The notes below the pieces were generated by a model. It was given only the letters and a program-made list of their open reading frames with translations. It searched no databases and was not told where the DNA came from. Shown in pieces: positions 9,125-18,853 of a stretch of 64,000 nucleotides of DNA; within the stretch, counting starts at the first letter, position 1, and every line of letters starts with the position of its first letter. Source of the DNA: Acidimicrobiales bacterium (lineage in GTDB: Bacteria; Actinomycetota; Acidimicrobiia; Acidimicrobiales; Bog-793). The position numbers and the translations under genes were made by a program. The stretch lies in assembly GCA_035534715.1 (NCBI GenBank), contig DATLRJ010000020.1, positions 6 to 64,005 of the forward strand, written 5' to 3'.

Positions 9125-10066
9125 ATGTCCCTAGAGCGATCGATTCTGTCGATCACAGGAGACGTCACACTCACGGAGCTCCACGCGCTCGTCGCGGTCG
9201 CCGACCTCGGGACGTTCCGCCGTGCGGCGCTCGAGCTCGGCTACACGCAGTCGGCGCTGTCGCACCAGGTCGCGAACCTCGAGCGCAAGCTCGGCCACGA
9301 GCTGTTCAGCCGGCCCGGAGGCCGGGGCGCTGTGAAGCTCACGGTCGCCGGGCACGCCGCGTACCGCCGCGCGCGGCGCGCGATCGGCGAGGCCGACGCG
9401 ATCCGGGCGGAGATCGAGGCCGCGGAGCGGGGCAGCCGGACGCGGGTCCGCATCGGGGTCTCCCAGACGACCGCGTCGGAGATCATGCCCGCGGCGCTGC
9501 GCGAGTTCCGCGAGCTCCACGCGGGTGTCGAGGTCGTCCTCTCGGCGATCGACACGGACGAGCAGGTGATCGCGGAGCTGAGCCGCGGCGGGCTCGAGCT
9601 CGGGTTCGTCCACGACCTCACGCCCGACGACCGCGTCGAGATGACGGCGATCACCGAGGATCCCTGGGTCGTGCTCACGCGGCGCGACAGCGAGGTCGCC
9701 GCGCTCCCCCGGTTCAGCTTCGACGACCTCGACGGCCTCGAGGTCGTCGCGTGGACGCGACGCTGGCGCGGCCAGATCGCGCTCGAGGAGGCATGGGCGA
9801 GGCGCGGGATCGCCCCGCGCATCGTCTACCGGACGGACGACAACCTCGCGCTCCAGCGGCTCGTCGCCGCGGGGCTCGGCCACGCGTGCGTCGGGTGGCT
9901 GAGCGCTCGGCGCGCGATCGACCCGGCGCTCACGTGGCTCGTGCCCACCGAGCACGTGGCCCCCCGCCCCGTCGTGCTCTGCCACGCGCGCCGCCGGGAG
10001 CTCACCGCGACGCTCGCCGCCCTCGTCGCGGCGATCCGCGACCAGGCGCCCCGGCCCGAGCGGTGA
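9125..10066 (+). CDS. LysR-family transcriptional regulator
   Basis: N-terminal HTH LHALVAVADLGTFRRAALELGYTQSALSHQVANLERKLG and a LysR substrate-binding region. Confidence 0.9.
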   Translation: MSLERSILSITGDVTLTELHALVAVADLGTFRRAALELGYTQSALSHQVANLERKLGHELFSRPGGRGAVKLTVAGHAAYRRARRAIGEADAIRAEIEAAERGSRTRVRIGVSQTTASEIMPAALREFRELHAGVEVVLSAIDTDEQVIAELSRGGLELGFVHDLTPDDRVEMTAITEDPWVVLTRRDSEVAALPRFSFDDLDGLEVVAWTRRWRGQIALEEAWARRGIAPRIVYRTDDNLALQRLVAAGLGHACVGWLSARRAIDPALTWLVPTEHVAPRPVVLCHARRRELTATLAALVAAIRDQAPRPER

Positions 10067-10156
10067 GCGCGTTCGGCCGCACGGACGCGACCTACGGGCG
10101 ACGCGACCCGAGCCCTGCCGGGCTCCCGTCCGGTTGCGTCCGCGCCGCGGCCCGCC

Positions 10157-10771
10157 TCACGCCCTTCCCGGGTCGTACGCGCGTCCGTCGGCGTCGATCC
10201 AGCGCGCGCCGACCGGCGGCGTCCAGCGCTCCATGGCGTCGAGGAGGGGACCGGGGTGCGCGTCCGTGAGGACGATCCCGCGGTGCTCGTCGCGCAGGAA
10301 CCGCTCGTCGACCGCGTGGTCGAGGAAGCCGAGGAGCCGGTCGTAGTAGCCGAGGACGTTGAGCAGGCCCGTCGGCTTCGCGTGAAGGCCCAGCTTCGAC
10401 CAGGTCGTGACCTCGGCGAACTCCTCGAGGGTCCCGATCCCGCCCGGCGGCGCGACGAAGCCGTCGGACAGCTCGGCCATGAGCGCCTTGCGCTCATGCA
10501 TCGAGGCGACGACGTGCAGCTCGCTCAGGCCCGGGTGCGCGAGCTCCGCGTCGAGCAGCTGTCGCGGGATCACCCCCACGACCTCCCCGCCGGCGGCGAG
10601 CGCCGCGTCCGCGAGCAAGCCCATCATCCCGACGCGTGCGCCTCCGTAGACGACGCGCACCTCGCGCGCGACGAGCGCGAGCGCGAGCGCGACCGCTCCG
10701 TCCGCGTACTCGGGGCGCCGGCCCGGGTTGGACCCGCAGAAGACCGCGACCGATCGCACGGCGCAGATCAT
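10157..10771 (-). CDS. LOG-family (TIGR00730) nucleotide phosphoribohydrolase
   Basis: VFCGSNPG, VVYGGARVGMMG and PGGIGTLEEF motifs. Confidence 0.9.
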   Translation of the reverse strand: MICAVRSVAVFCGSNPGRRPEYADGAVALALALVAREVRVVYGGARVGMMGLLADAALAAGGEVVGVIPRQLLDAELAHPGLSELHVVASMHERKALMAELSDGFVAPPGGIGTLEEFAEVTTWSKLGLHAKPTGLLNVLGYYDRLLGFLDHAVDERFLRDEHRGIVLTDAHPGPLLDAMERWTPPVGARWIDADGRAYDPGRA

Positions 10772-10817
10772 CGCTCGCCCGGGCTCGTGCGCGTGCGCAC
10801 GCCCGGCGAGCCGCGCG

Positions 10818-11507
10818 TCACGAGGCCGGCGCGCTCGCCTGCGCGACGACGGGTCCGACCGGTGCGACGGCGGGCTCGGGGTGCACGACCGAGCGTCCCC
10901 ACTCGACTGCGCGCCCGCCGCGCCGCATCACCCTCGTGAAGCCGACGATCGACCAGACGATCGCCGCGGTCGTGAGCCCCCAGCTCACCGCCGTCCGCTC
11001 GAGGACGAAGGCGCCGACCGAGCTCGTGAGGAGCAGCCAGAGCACCACGCCGGCGTTCGCGAGGAGCGCGAAAGCCCAGACCAGCGATATCCGGACGAAG
11101 AAGCGGTGCACGATCGGCTGGTCGAGCACCGTCGCGTCGATCGGGCAGAAGTCGTGCGCGAAGCGCTGGGTGAACGGGCGACGCAGCGCCGCGGAGACGA
11201 CGAGGAGCGCCGAGGCGCCGACGGTCGTGGCGAGCGGCTGGATGAAGTAGACGAACGCGCTCCCCGTCGCGAACGCGACGGCCGTGCGGGCGGTGAGGAG
11301 CACGGTGCCGAGGAGCAGGAGGCTCGAGACGCGCTCGCGGCGGCGGACTCGCCGCGCGAGCGCGAGGTACGACCAGCAGAGGGCCGCGATCAGCGCCACG
11401 CGAAAGCCGGCAAGCACGAGCGCGCCGTAGAAGAGGGCCATCGGCGCGACGACGCCCTCGGCGACGATCGGGATCGCGTGCCGCACGGCCTCGCGCGGCC
11501 GAGGCAT
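10818..11507 (-). CDS. Multi-pass integral membrane protein, family not confidently recognised
   Basis: Six or so hydrophobic segments. Start chosen at ATG 11507 (MPRPREAV). Confidence 0.65.
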   Translation of the reverse strand: MPRPREAVRHAIPIVAEGVVAPMALFYGALVLAGFRVALIAALCWSYLALARRVRRRERVSSLLLLGTVLLTARTAVAFATGSAFVYFIQPLATTVGASALLVVSAALRRPFTQRFAHDFCPIDATVLDQPIVHRFFVRISLVWAFALLANAGVVLWLLLTSSVGAFVLERTAVSWGLTTAAIVWSIVGFTRVMRRGGRAVEWGRSVVHPEPAVAPVGPVVAQASAPAS

Positions 11508-11724
11508 GTGCACGGTCGTGTCGTCGCAGTGGATCGAGAACGCGGCTGGAGGGGCGCCATGCGACCTGCAGTCGGCGCTCGGCATGGCCGGTCGTCCCTC
11601 TGTCCGTGATCGGACGCCCACCCGGGCTGCGGCGGTAACAGAGCGGCGGAGGTCCGTCTCCGCGCTGATAACAGTCTACGGGGCCGGCGGCCCGATCGGC
11701 GCGCGCGGCCTCCGTGGGCGCCGC

Positions 11725-12498
11725 TCAGCGCGGCAGCACGACGCCGGTGAGCCCCGCGCAGGCCGCGAGCAGGCCCTCTTGGACGTCCGACTCGTAGGCG
11801 GCGTCGTTCGCGCGGCGCTCGCGGCGGCCCTTGAAATAGCGGCCGGTGACGCCCGCCGCGGCCTCGTCGCTCGTCGCGAGCCACACCTGGGTGTCGGCCC
11901 CTTCCGCGAGTCCCCCGGGCGCAGCGGGCCCGCCCATGCGCGTCCGTATCCATCCGGGATCGACCGCGTTCGAGCGCACGCGGGGCCACAGTCGCGCAAT
12001 CGCGAACGCGAGCACCACGTCGCAGAGCTTCGAGTCGCTGTAGGCCTGGAGGCCGTCGAAGCGGCCGCGCTCGTGCTGCAGGTCGGCGAAGTCGACCCGC
12101 CCCTCCGCCTCGAGCCCCGAGGTCAGGTAGACGAGGCGCGACGGGCGCGTCATGAGGGCGGTGAGCAGGTACGGCGCGACGACGTTCACCTGGAAGATCA
12201 AGTCGAGGCCGTCGGCGGTCCTCGTGCGCTCCTCCCCACGTCCGCCCACGCCCGCGTTGTGGACGACCGCGTCGAACGGCCCGCTCGCGTCGGCCGCCGC
12301 GGCGAGCTCGCGAGTCTCGGCCATCGACGCGAGGTCCCCGATGACCACGGCCGCGGCCTTTGGCACCGCCCCGACCGCGTGGGCGGCCCGCTCCTCGCTC
12401 CGCGCGTGGAGCACGACGCGGTGGCCGAGCGCAGCGAGGTCCGATGCGGTCCGCCGGCCGATGCCGTCGGTCGATCCCGTCACGAGCACCGTCGCCAT
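11725..12498 (-). CDS. Short-chain dehydrogenase/reductase (SDR)
   Basis: VLVTGSTDGIGR, NAGV and YSDSK catalytic motifs. Occupies only the C-terminal 257 codons of the 901-aa artefactual ORF. Confidence 0.9.
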   Translation of the reverse strand: MATVLVTGSTDGIGRRTASDLAALGHRVVLHARSEERAAHAVGAVPKAAAVVIGDLASMAETRELAAAADASGPFDAVVHNAGVGGRGEERTRTADGLDLIFQVNVVAPYLLTALMTRPSRLVYLTSGLEAEGRVDFADLQHERGRFDGLQAYSDSKLCDVVLAFAIARLWPRVRSNAVDPGWIRTRMGGPAAPGGLAEGADTQVWLATSDEAAAGVTGRYFKGRRERRANDAAYESDVQEGLLAACAGLTGVVLPR

Positions 12499-12606
12499 CG
12501 ATCCCCCCAACCTGCGCACGAACGGTGCACACCGTACCGGGCGGGAGGCCGCGGGGCCGCCGAAGGCGCGCGGATGCACGCGTCGCACGGGGCGCGCCTG
12601 CGATGA

Positions 12607-14481
12607 TTGTCGTCCGTGTCCGCGATCCCGGCCGAGCTGGCCGACGCTGCGCGCCTCGAGCGCACCCGACGGATCGCCTCGGTGCTCGTCTTCGTCGCCG
12701 GCGCGGCGAACCTCGCATCGGCCGCGACACCGCCCATGCGCGCGGGGCTGCACCTCGTGCTCGAGCTCGAGCCGCTCGTCGTGTCGCAGACCGCCGCCGC
12801 GCTCGTCGCGCTCGCCGCGCTGGTCCTGCTCTCGCTCGCGCGCGGCGTGCGCAGGGGTCAGCGCCAGGCATGGCTCGTGTCGAGCGCGCTGCTCGGCGGG
12901 TCGGCGCTCCTCCATCTCGTGAAGGGCGTGGAGCTCGCGGACTCGTCGCTCTGTCTCGGCGTGCTCCTCTGGCTCGCCGCGCACCGTCGCTCGTTCACGA
13001 CCGCGGTCGACCGGCCGTCGCGGGCCCTCGCGCTGCGCGGGCTGCTCGCAGGCGTCGCGCTCACGACCGCGCTCGCGACAGCCGCGGTCGAGGTCTCGCT
13101 GCTGTTCGACCCCGACAACAACCCGATCCCGCCCCAGCGGGCATTCGCGGCCGTCGCCGAGCGGCTCGCGGGGTTCCGCACGATCCCCCTGCCCGCACGT
13201 CTCGACGACTTCCTCTCGCCCAGCCTGCTCGCGGCCGGCCTCGGCCTCGCGTGCGTCGCGCTCGTCCTCGTCTCGCGTCCGGTCGTCGACCGCCGGCGCC
13301 GGGCCGGGAACGGTTCGAGGACCCGGGCACGCGACCTCGTCCGCCGCCACGGCGCCGGGACCCTCGACTACTTCGCGCTCCGCGACGACAAGCAGCACTT
13401 CTTCGACGGCGAGACACTCGTGACCTACGCGGTCTACGGCGGCGTGTGCCTCGTCTCCCCGGACCCGATCGGACCCGGGGCCGAGCGCGCCCGGGCCTGG
13501 GACCGGTTCTGCCGATTCGCGGACTCGCGCGGCTGGAGCGTCGCCGTGCTCGGCGCGGGAGACGAGTGGCTCGAGACCTACCGGACCGCCGGCATGCGCG
13601 ACTTCTACGTCGGCGACGAGGCGATCGTCGACCTGTCGACCTTCGAGCTCGACGGCGGCAGGAGCAAGGGGCTCCGCCAGGCGGTGAACCGAATCGCGCG
13701 CAACGGCTACACGGTCACGTTCCACGACCCCGGCCGGTGCGACCCGGAGGTGTCGGCGGCGCTGCGCGAGGTCATGACGAAGAGCCGCCGCGGTGGGCGG
13801 GAGCGCGGCTTCTCGATGACGCTCGGCCGCCTGTTCGACCCCGAGGACGTGGACCTGCTGATCGCGGTCGCGCACGCTCCCGACGGGCGGCCGGTCGCGT
13901 TCTGCCAGTACGTGCCCGCTCCGGGGATCGACGGCTACTCGCTCGACCTCATGCGCCGGGACGACGGTGAGCACCCGAACGGGCTGCTCGACTTCGTCAT
14001 CGTCTCGACGATCGCCCACCTGCGCGCCAAGGGCATGCGCGCCCTCGGGCTGAACTTCGCGACGATGCGGGCGGTCCTCGCCGGCGAAGGCGAGGACTGC
14101 GTGCGGCTCCGCCTCACTCGGTGGGCCGTCCGCCGGATGTCCGGCTCGATGCAGATCGAGTCGCTCTGGCGGTTCAACGCGAAGTACCACCCGCGCTGGC
14201 TCGGCCGCCACGTCGTCTATCGGGCCCCCGAGCACCTGCCCGCGGTCGCCGTCGCGATCGCGAGGGCGGAGTCGTTCTGGGAGCTCCCGGTCGTCGGGCG
14301 CTTCCTCGCAGGTGAGCGCTCCCGCGAACGGCCGGCGCGGGGTCTCGAGCGGGACGTGCGGACGGGACGTCGGGACGTGCGACCGGGACGTCGCGCCGCG
14401 CACCGCCGCCTCGGCTCCGGTGTGCGGCACGCCGCGGCGGACGGCGCAGCGCGAGCCGGATCCGCTCCCCGGCTACCGTGA
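12607..14481 (+). CDS. Membrane protein with phosphatidylglycerol lysyltransferase C-terminal (MprF/LysX-type, DUF2156) domain
   Basis: N-terminal TM segments, then TLDYFALRDDKQHFF, GWSVAVLGAG, GRSKGLRQAVNR and RGFSMTLGRL. TTG/GTG start region. Confidence 0.8.
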   Translation: MSSVSAIPAELADAARLERTRRIASVLVFVAGAANLASAATPPMRAGLHLVLELEPLVVSQTAAALVALAALVLLSLARGVRRGQRQAWLVSSALLGGSALLHLVKGVELADSSLCLGVLLWLAAHRRSFTTAVDRPSRALALRGLLAGVALTTALATAAVEVSLLFDPDNNPIPPQRAFAAVAERLAGFRTIPLPARLDDFLSPSLLAAGLGLACVALVLVSRPVVDRRRRAGNGSRTRARDLVRRHGAGTLDYFALRDDKQHFFDGETLVTYAVYGGVCLVSPDPIGPGAERARAWDRFCRFADSRGWSVAVLGAGDEWLETYRTAGMRDFYVGDEAIVDLSTFELDGGRSKGLRQAVNRIARNGYTVTFHDPGRCDPEVSAALREVMTKSRRGGRERGFSMTLGRLFDPEDVDLLIAVAHAPDGRPVAFCQYVPAPGIDGYSLDLMRRDDGEHPNGLLDFVIVSTIAHLRAKGMRALGLNFATMRAVLAGEGEDCVRLRLTRWAVRRMSGSMQIESLWRFNAKYHPRWLGRHVVYRAPEHLPAVAVAIARAESFWELPVVGRFLAGERSRERPARGLERDVRTGRRDVRPGRRAAHRRLGSGVRHAAADGAARAGSAPRLP

Positions 14482-15590
14482 CCCGGATGGCTGGCCGGGG
14501 CGCGCACCGCAGGACCGTCGCGCGCAAGGCGCGGCTCCGCCGGATCGCCGTCGCGGTCGCCGGGCTCGCAGTCGTCGTCGGCGGGAGCGTCGCGTTCGCC
14601 GTGACCCGGAGCCCGAAGCCCGCCGCACACCCGGCCACGACGACGACGTCGTCGACCTCGACGTCGACGACCGCCGCGCCGTCCGCCCGGTGCCCGCTCA
14701 CGGACCTCCCCGCCCCCCACGGCGTGCCGAACCGCCCGGCGCTGGCGGTGAAGATCGGCAACGAGCCCGAGGGCGCGCGACCCCAGAGCGGTCTCAACGA
14801 GGCAGACGTCGTCTACGACACCCCGGCCGAGGGATTCGTCATGCGGTACATCGCGGTGTTCCAGTGCGAGAACGCTTCGATGATCGGCCCGACACGGTCA
14901 CTTCGCTGGGTCGACTGGCACATCATGGCCGAGTACGGGCACCCGATCCTCGCGTTCGCGGGCGGGATCAACCCCGACGTCGACACCGTCATGGCGCTCG
15001 GCTGGCTGCACCCGGCGAACCTGCTCGAGGGCGCGCAGGCCGCGGCGGTCCGCACCTCGAACCGGCTGCCGCCGGACAACCTCTACACGAGCACGTCCGC
15101 GCTGTACTCGATGTTCCGCACGGCGACGGGGGCGCCACGCCCGGTCTTCACGTTCTCGAGCGCGCGACCACGCGACGCCACGCCCGCGAAGTCGATCGAG
15201 ATCGACTTCTCCTACGGCACCGACGTCCTGTGGAAGTGGGACGCGACGTCCCGCTCGTGGCTGCACACGTACGCGGGCACGCCGGACGTCGACGCGCTCA
15301 CCGGGCGGCCGGTCACCGCGGCGAACGTCGTCGTCGAGGTCGTCCACTACACCTACGGGCCCTACGTCGAGAGCCCCGGCAGCACCGGCGACGTCGAGAG
15401 CGAGACCGTCGGGAGCGGCACGGGGTACGTGCTGCGCGACGGCGTGGCGGTGAAGGTCACGTGGCACCGGCCGGCACCGTCGGACCCGACGACCTACACC
15501 GACTCAGCCGGGCACCTTGTCGCGCTCACCCCGGGGCGCACGTGGGTCGAGATCGTCCCGTTCGGCACGAAGATCGCGCTCACGCCCTGA
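14478..15590 (+). CDS. DUF3048-family secreted/membrane-anchored protein
   Basis: TM anchor, Thr/Ser linker, then GARPQSGLNEADVVYDTPAEGFVMRYIAVF. The GTG start overlaps the upstream stop (GTGA). Confidence 0.75.
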   Translation: MTRMAGRGAHRRTVARKARLRRIAVAVAGLAVVVGGSVAFAVTRSPKPAAHPATTTTSSTSTSTTAAPSARCPLTDLPAPHGVPNRPALAVKIGNEPEGARPQSGLNEADVVYDTPAEGFVMRYIAVFQCENASMIGPTRSLRWVDWHIMAEYGHPILAFAGGINPDVDTVMALGWLHPANLLEGAQAAAVRTSNRLPPDNLYTSTSALYSMFRTATGAPRPVFTFSSARPRDATPAKSIEIDFSYGTDVLWKWDATSRSWLHTYAGTPDVDALTGRPVTAANVVVEVVHYTYGPYVESPGSTGDVESETVGSGTGYVLRDGVAVKVTWHRPAPSDPTTYTDSAGHLVALTPGRTWVEIVPFGTKIALTP

Positions 15591-15677
15591 TCGCGCGCGC
15601 GCCGGGCCGCCACCGGCGACCGTCCACGGTCGCGGCGCCCGCCATCGAGCGCCCCCCCCCCGCAGCGGGCTGCGGCC

Positions 15678-16106
15678 TCAGGCGGCCCGGCCGGCTCCCG
15701 GCGCCTGCCCGGGCGCGTCGTGCGCTGCCGATAGCTCCGCGGCGATCGCGTCGAGCACGCTCCACGCGCCGTCGAAGTAGCGCTCGGCGCTCACGAGGAG
15801 CCGCGGCGCGTGCCGCGCGGGACGCAGCCCGACCTCGCCGAAGTGCGAGCTGTACGGGTTGAGGTCGACCTCGACGCGGAGCTTGCCGGGAAGGATGCCG
15901 GGGAAGCTGAGCACGCCGGAGAAGCTCCGGTACTGCGCGTCGTCGACGAAGATCGGTTCGAGGATCGTGAGCGTCACCCCGCCGGCGCCGGTGACCGTCG
16001 TGGGGAGCTGCGCGCTGGGCAGGTCGGACGCCGCGACGTCGACCCTGCGGGACACGTACCAGCTGATGCCGCGCTCGGTTCCGTACTCGTCCTCGGTGAT
16101 CGCCAC
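15678..16106 (-). CDS. Hypothetical protein (142 aa)
   Basis: GTG start with GGAGG 5 nt upstream and G/C-rich third positions. No family recognised. Confidence 0.6.
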   Translation of the reverse strand: MAITEDEYGTERGISWYVSRRVDVAASDLPSAQLPTTVTGAGGVTLTILEPIFVDDAQYRSFSGVLSFPGILPGKLRVEVDLNPYSSHFGEVGLRPARHAPRLLVSAERYFDGAWSVLDAIAAELSAAHDAPGQAPGAGRAA

Positions 16107-16160
16107 GGCCGCCTCCTACCTGCCGCCCGATGGCTCGCCCACCGGGGTCTTCTCATACCT

Positions 16161-16190
16161 AGTATCGGCACGCAGGGAACATCTGTCCAA
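16161..16190 (-). promoter_or_regulatory. Candidate promoter for the 142-aa hypothetical gene
   Basis: On the minus strand, TTGGAC (16190-16185), 18-nt spacer, GATACT (16166-16161), within an unusually AT-rich intergenic island. Confidence 0.3.
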
Positions 16191-16398
16191 CAGTTCTTAT
16201 CTATATGTGACATCGTTATATCAGATATCGTCTCCCCGGACATGGTGCACCACCGAGCGTGTCCACACGGCCGCTCGACGCCCCGACCGCGCGCACGGTC
16301 CCGGACCGGGAGGCGCGCTGCGCCGGCGTCGACGGGCGGGTTCGGGAGCCCGCACACGCGCGACCCGGGGCTCGCGGCGATCCGCCGCAGCGGAAGCG

Positions 16399-17841
16399 TC
16401 AGCGGTGCGCGGCAGCGAGGGCGGCGGAGCCCGGCACCCGGGTCGGGTACTCCCCCGTGAGGCACGCCGAGCAGAAGCCCTCGCCGCCGGCGCCGATGGC
16501 CGCGACGAGCCCTTCGAGGGACAGGTACGCGACGGAGTCGGCTCCGAGATGGGCGGTGATCTCGTCCACCGTCATGTTCGCCGCGATGAGCTCGCTGCGG
16601 TCGGGAGTTGCGATCCCGTAGAAGCAGGGCCAGCGAAACGGCGGCGACGAGATCCTGAGGTGGACCTCGCGCGCGCCCGCCTCGCGCAGCATCCGCACCA
16701 TCTGGCGGGTCGTCGTGCCGCGCACGATCGAGTCGTCGACGACGACGAGGCGCCTCCCGGACACGCTCTCGCGCAGCGGGTTGAGCTTGCGGCGCACGCC
16801 GTCGACGCGCGCCTGGTGGGTGGGCGCGATGAACGTGCGGCCGATGTAGCGGTTCTTCACGAGCCCCTGACCGAACGGGAGACCGCTTCGCGCCGCGAAG
16901 CCCTCTGCGGCGGGGACGCCGGAGTCCGGGACGCCGATGACGAGATCCGCGTCGACTGGCGCCTCGAGCGCGAGCTGCTCGCCCATCCGGTGCCGGGCCG
17001 CGTGGACCTCGTGACCCAACAGTCGCGAGTCGGGCCGGGCGAAATAGACGAACTCGAAGATGCACAGCTTCGGGTCGACGCGCTCGGCGGGGAACGGGCG
17101 GAACGAACGAGGCCCGCCCGCGTCGATCACGACCATCTCCCCGGGCTCGATCTCCCGGACGAGGTGGGCCCCGACGATGTCGAGCGCCGGCGTCTCGGAC
17201 GCGATCACCCAGCCGCCCTCGGGCGCCTCGGGTGCCGGGTCGAGCCGTCCGAGGCACAGCGGCCGGAAACCGTTCGGGTCCCGCACCCCCACGAGATGGG
17301 TCGCGTCGAGCAGGCCGAAGGCGAACGCGCCTTCGAGGTCCGGGAGGACGTCGAGCAGCGCCTGCTCGAGGTCGGGATCGGCACCGTCTCCGACGTGGTC
17401 GACGGTCGGGAACGCCCGCGAGACGAGCTCGCCGACGAGCTCGCTGTCCGAGGTGACGATCCCGGGCAGCATGCCGGCGGACTCCGCGAGCGCCTCGACG
17501 TTCGTCAGGTTGCCGTTGTGGCCGAGCGCGAATCCCGCGTTGCCGACGGACCGGTAGACGGGCTGCGCGTTCTGCCAGGTGCTCGGGCCCGTCGTCGAGT
17601 ACCGCACGTGACCGAGCGCGACGTGACCCTGGAGCGACGCGAGCGTCCGCGCGTCGAACACGGACGTGACGAGGCCCATGTCCTTCACGACCGTCACGGT
17701 CTCGCCGTCGCTCACCGCCATGCCCGCGGACTCCTGTCCACGGTGCTGGAGCGCGAACAGGCCGTCGAAGACGAGGTGGGGCACGTCGAAACCGGGCGCG
17801 TAGACGCCGAACACGCCGCAGGCTTCCTTCACCTGTCCCAT
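16399..17841 (-). CDS. purF: Amidophosphoribosyltransferase
   Basis: Propeptide then the CGVFGV Ntn nucleophile. PRTase motif VVVDDSIVRGTT. C-terminal CxxC-type residues. Confidence 0.95.
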   Translation of the reverse strand: MGQVKEACGVFGVYAPGFDVPHLVFDGLFALQHRGQESAGMAVSDGETVTVVKDMGLVTSVFDARTLASLQGHVALGHVRYSTTGPSTWQNAQPVYRSVGNAGFALGHNGNLTNVEALAESAGMLPGIVTSDSELVGELVSRAFPTVDHVGDGADPDLEQALLDVLPDLEGAFAFGLLDATHLVGVRDPNGFRPLCLGRLDPAPEAPEGGWVIASETPALDIVGAHLVREIEPGEMVVIDAGGPRSFRPFPAERVDPKLCIFEFVYFARPDSRLLGHEVHAARHRMGEQLALEAPVDADLVIGVPDSGVPAAEGFAARSGLPFGQGLVKNRYIGRTFIAPTHQARVDGVRRKLNPLRESVSGRRLVVVDDSIVRGTTTRQMVRMLREAGAREVHLRISSPPFRWPCFYGIATPDRSELIAANMTVDEITAHLGADSVAYLSLEGLVAAIGAGGEGFCSACLTGEYPTRVPGSAALAAAHR

Positions 17842-17882
17842 TCTGCCATCGCCGGCCCGGTCGTCGTGCGTTCCCGCCGGGC

Positions 17883-18755
17883 ATGCCCGGTACCCTGGGG
17901 CGTGTGATCGACCTCCACAGCCACTCGACCTTCTCGGACGGCTCGGAGAGTCCCGAGCGCGTCGTCGAGCTCGCGGCGGCGGCCGGATGCACGGCCGTGG
18001 CGCTCACGGACCATGACGGCACGGGCGGGATCGAGCGGGCGACCGCGCGGGCTCGACAGCTCGGGATACCTCTCATATCGGGATGCGAGGTGTCGTGCGC
18101 GTACTCACCCGGGACGATGCACGTGCTCTGCTACCACGTCCCCGCGTCGGGGGGTCCGCTCCAGGAGGAGCTCGTCAAGTTGCGCAACGACCGCGAGCGG
18201 CGCAACGAGACAATGGCACGCAAGCTCGCGGACCTCGGCCTGCCCGTCACCTACGAGGAAGTGGTTGCCGAGGCCGGAGGCGTCGGGGTCGGCCGCCCGC
18301 ACTTCGCGGCCGTGCTCGTGCGCAAGGGCGTCGTCTCGTCCGTGCAGGAGGCCTTCGACTCGTACCTCGCGAAGGGCACGCCGGGCTACGTGAGCAAGGC
18401 GCGAATCGAGGTCGAGACCGTCGTCGACCTCGCGCGCCGGTCGGGCGGCGTGGCGGTGCTCGCGCACCCGCTCTCCCTCGGGCTCGAGCGTCAGAGCCTG
18501 GCCGCCGAGCTCCGACGCCTCGCGGAGCGCGGCCTCGCCGGCGTCGAGTGCTACTACGGCCGCTACGACCCGGAGACGCGGGCCGAGCTCGCCGCGCTCG
18601 CGACCCGCCTCGGACTCGTCGCGACGGGCGGCTCCGACTTCCACGGAACCTACAAGCCGGACCTCTCCATGGGCACGGGGACCGGCGACCTCGCAGTCCC
18701 CGACGCGGTCGTCGAGGAGCTCGCGGCACGCCGGCCTCCGGCCGAGCCGGGTTGA
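17883..18755 (+). CDS. PHP-domain metal-dependent phosphoesterase (TrpH/YciV-like)
   Basis: IDLHSHSTFSDG, ALTDHD and GGSDFHG motifs. Confidence 0.85.
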   Translation: MPGTLGRVIDLHSHSTFSDGSESPERVVELAAAAGCTAVALTDHDGTGGIERATARARQLGIPLISGCEVSCAYSPGTMHVLCYHVPASGGPLQEELVKLRNDRERRNETMARKLADLGLPVTYEEVVAEAGGVGVGRPHFAAVLVRKGVVSSVQEAFDSYLAKGTPGYVSKARIEVETVVDLARRSGGVAVLAHPLSLGLERQSLAAELRRLAERGLAGVECYYGRYDPETRAELAALATRLGLVATGGSDFHGTYKPDLSMGTGTGDLAVPDAVVEELAARRPPAEPG

Positions 18756-18853
18756 CGCGGGTGCGCGGCGGCGCGCCGTAGTTGAGAGAGCCGCTCCCCG
18801 AAGAGGGCCGCTTGTAGGATCGGAGCGGCGGTGCCGGCCGGCCTCGGGAAGGC

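Noticed and set aside
15652-15675. C10 homopolymer followed by a 6-bp stem hairpin, as a possible phase-variation tract or terminator.
   Set aside because: It lies between the 3' ends of two convergent genes, so length changes cannot shift a reading frame or promoter spacing. The hairpin is short and lacks a U-tract on either strand.
15678-16106. Possible paralogy between the 142-aa protein and the 152-aa protein at 44314-44772 (both have an FP-x-L...L-R segment and a C-terminal helix).
   Set aside because: My by-eye alignment gives only scattered identities. I cannot support homology without a profile comparison.
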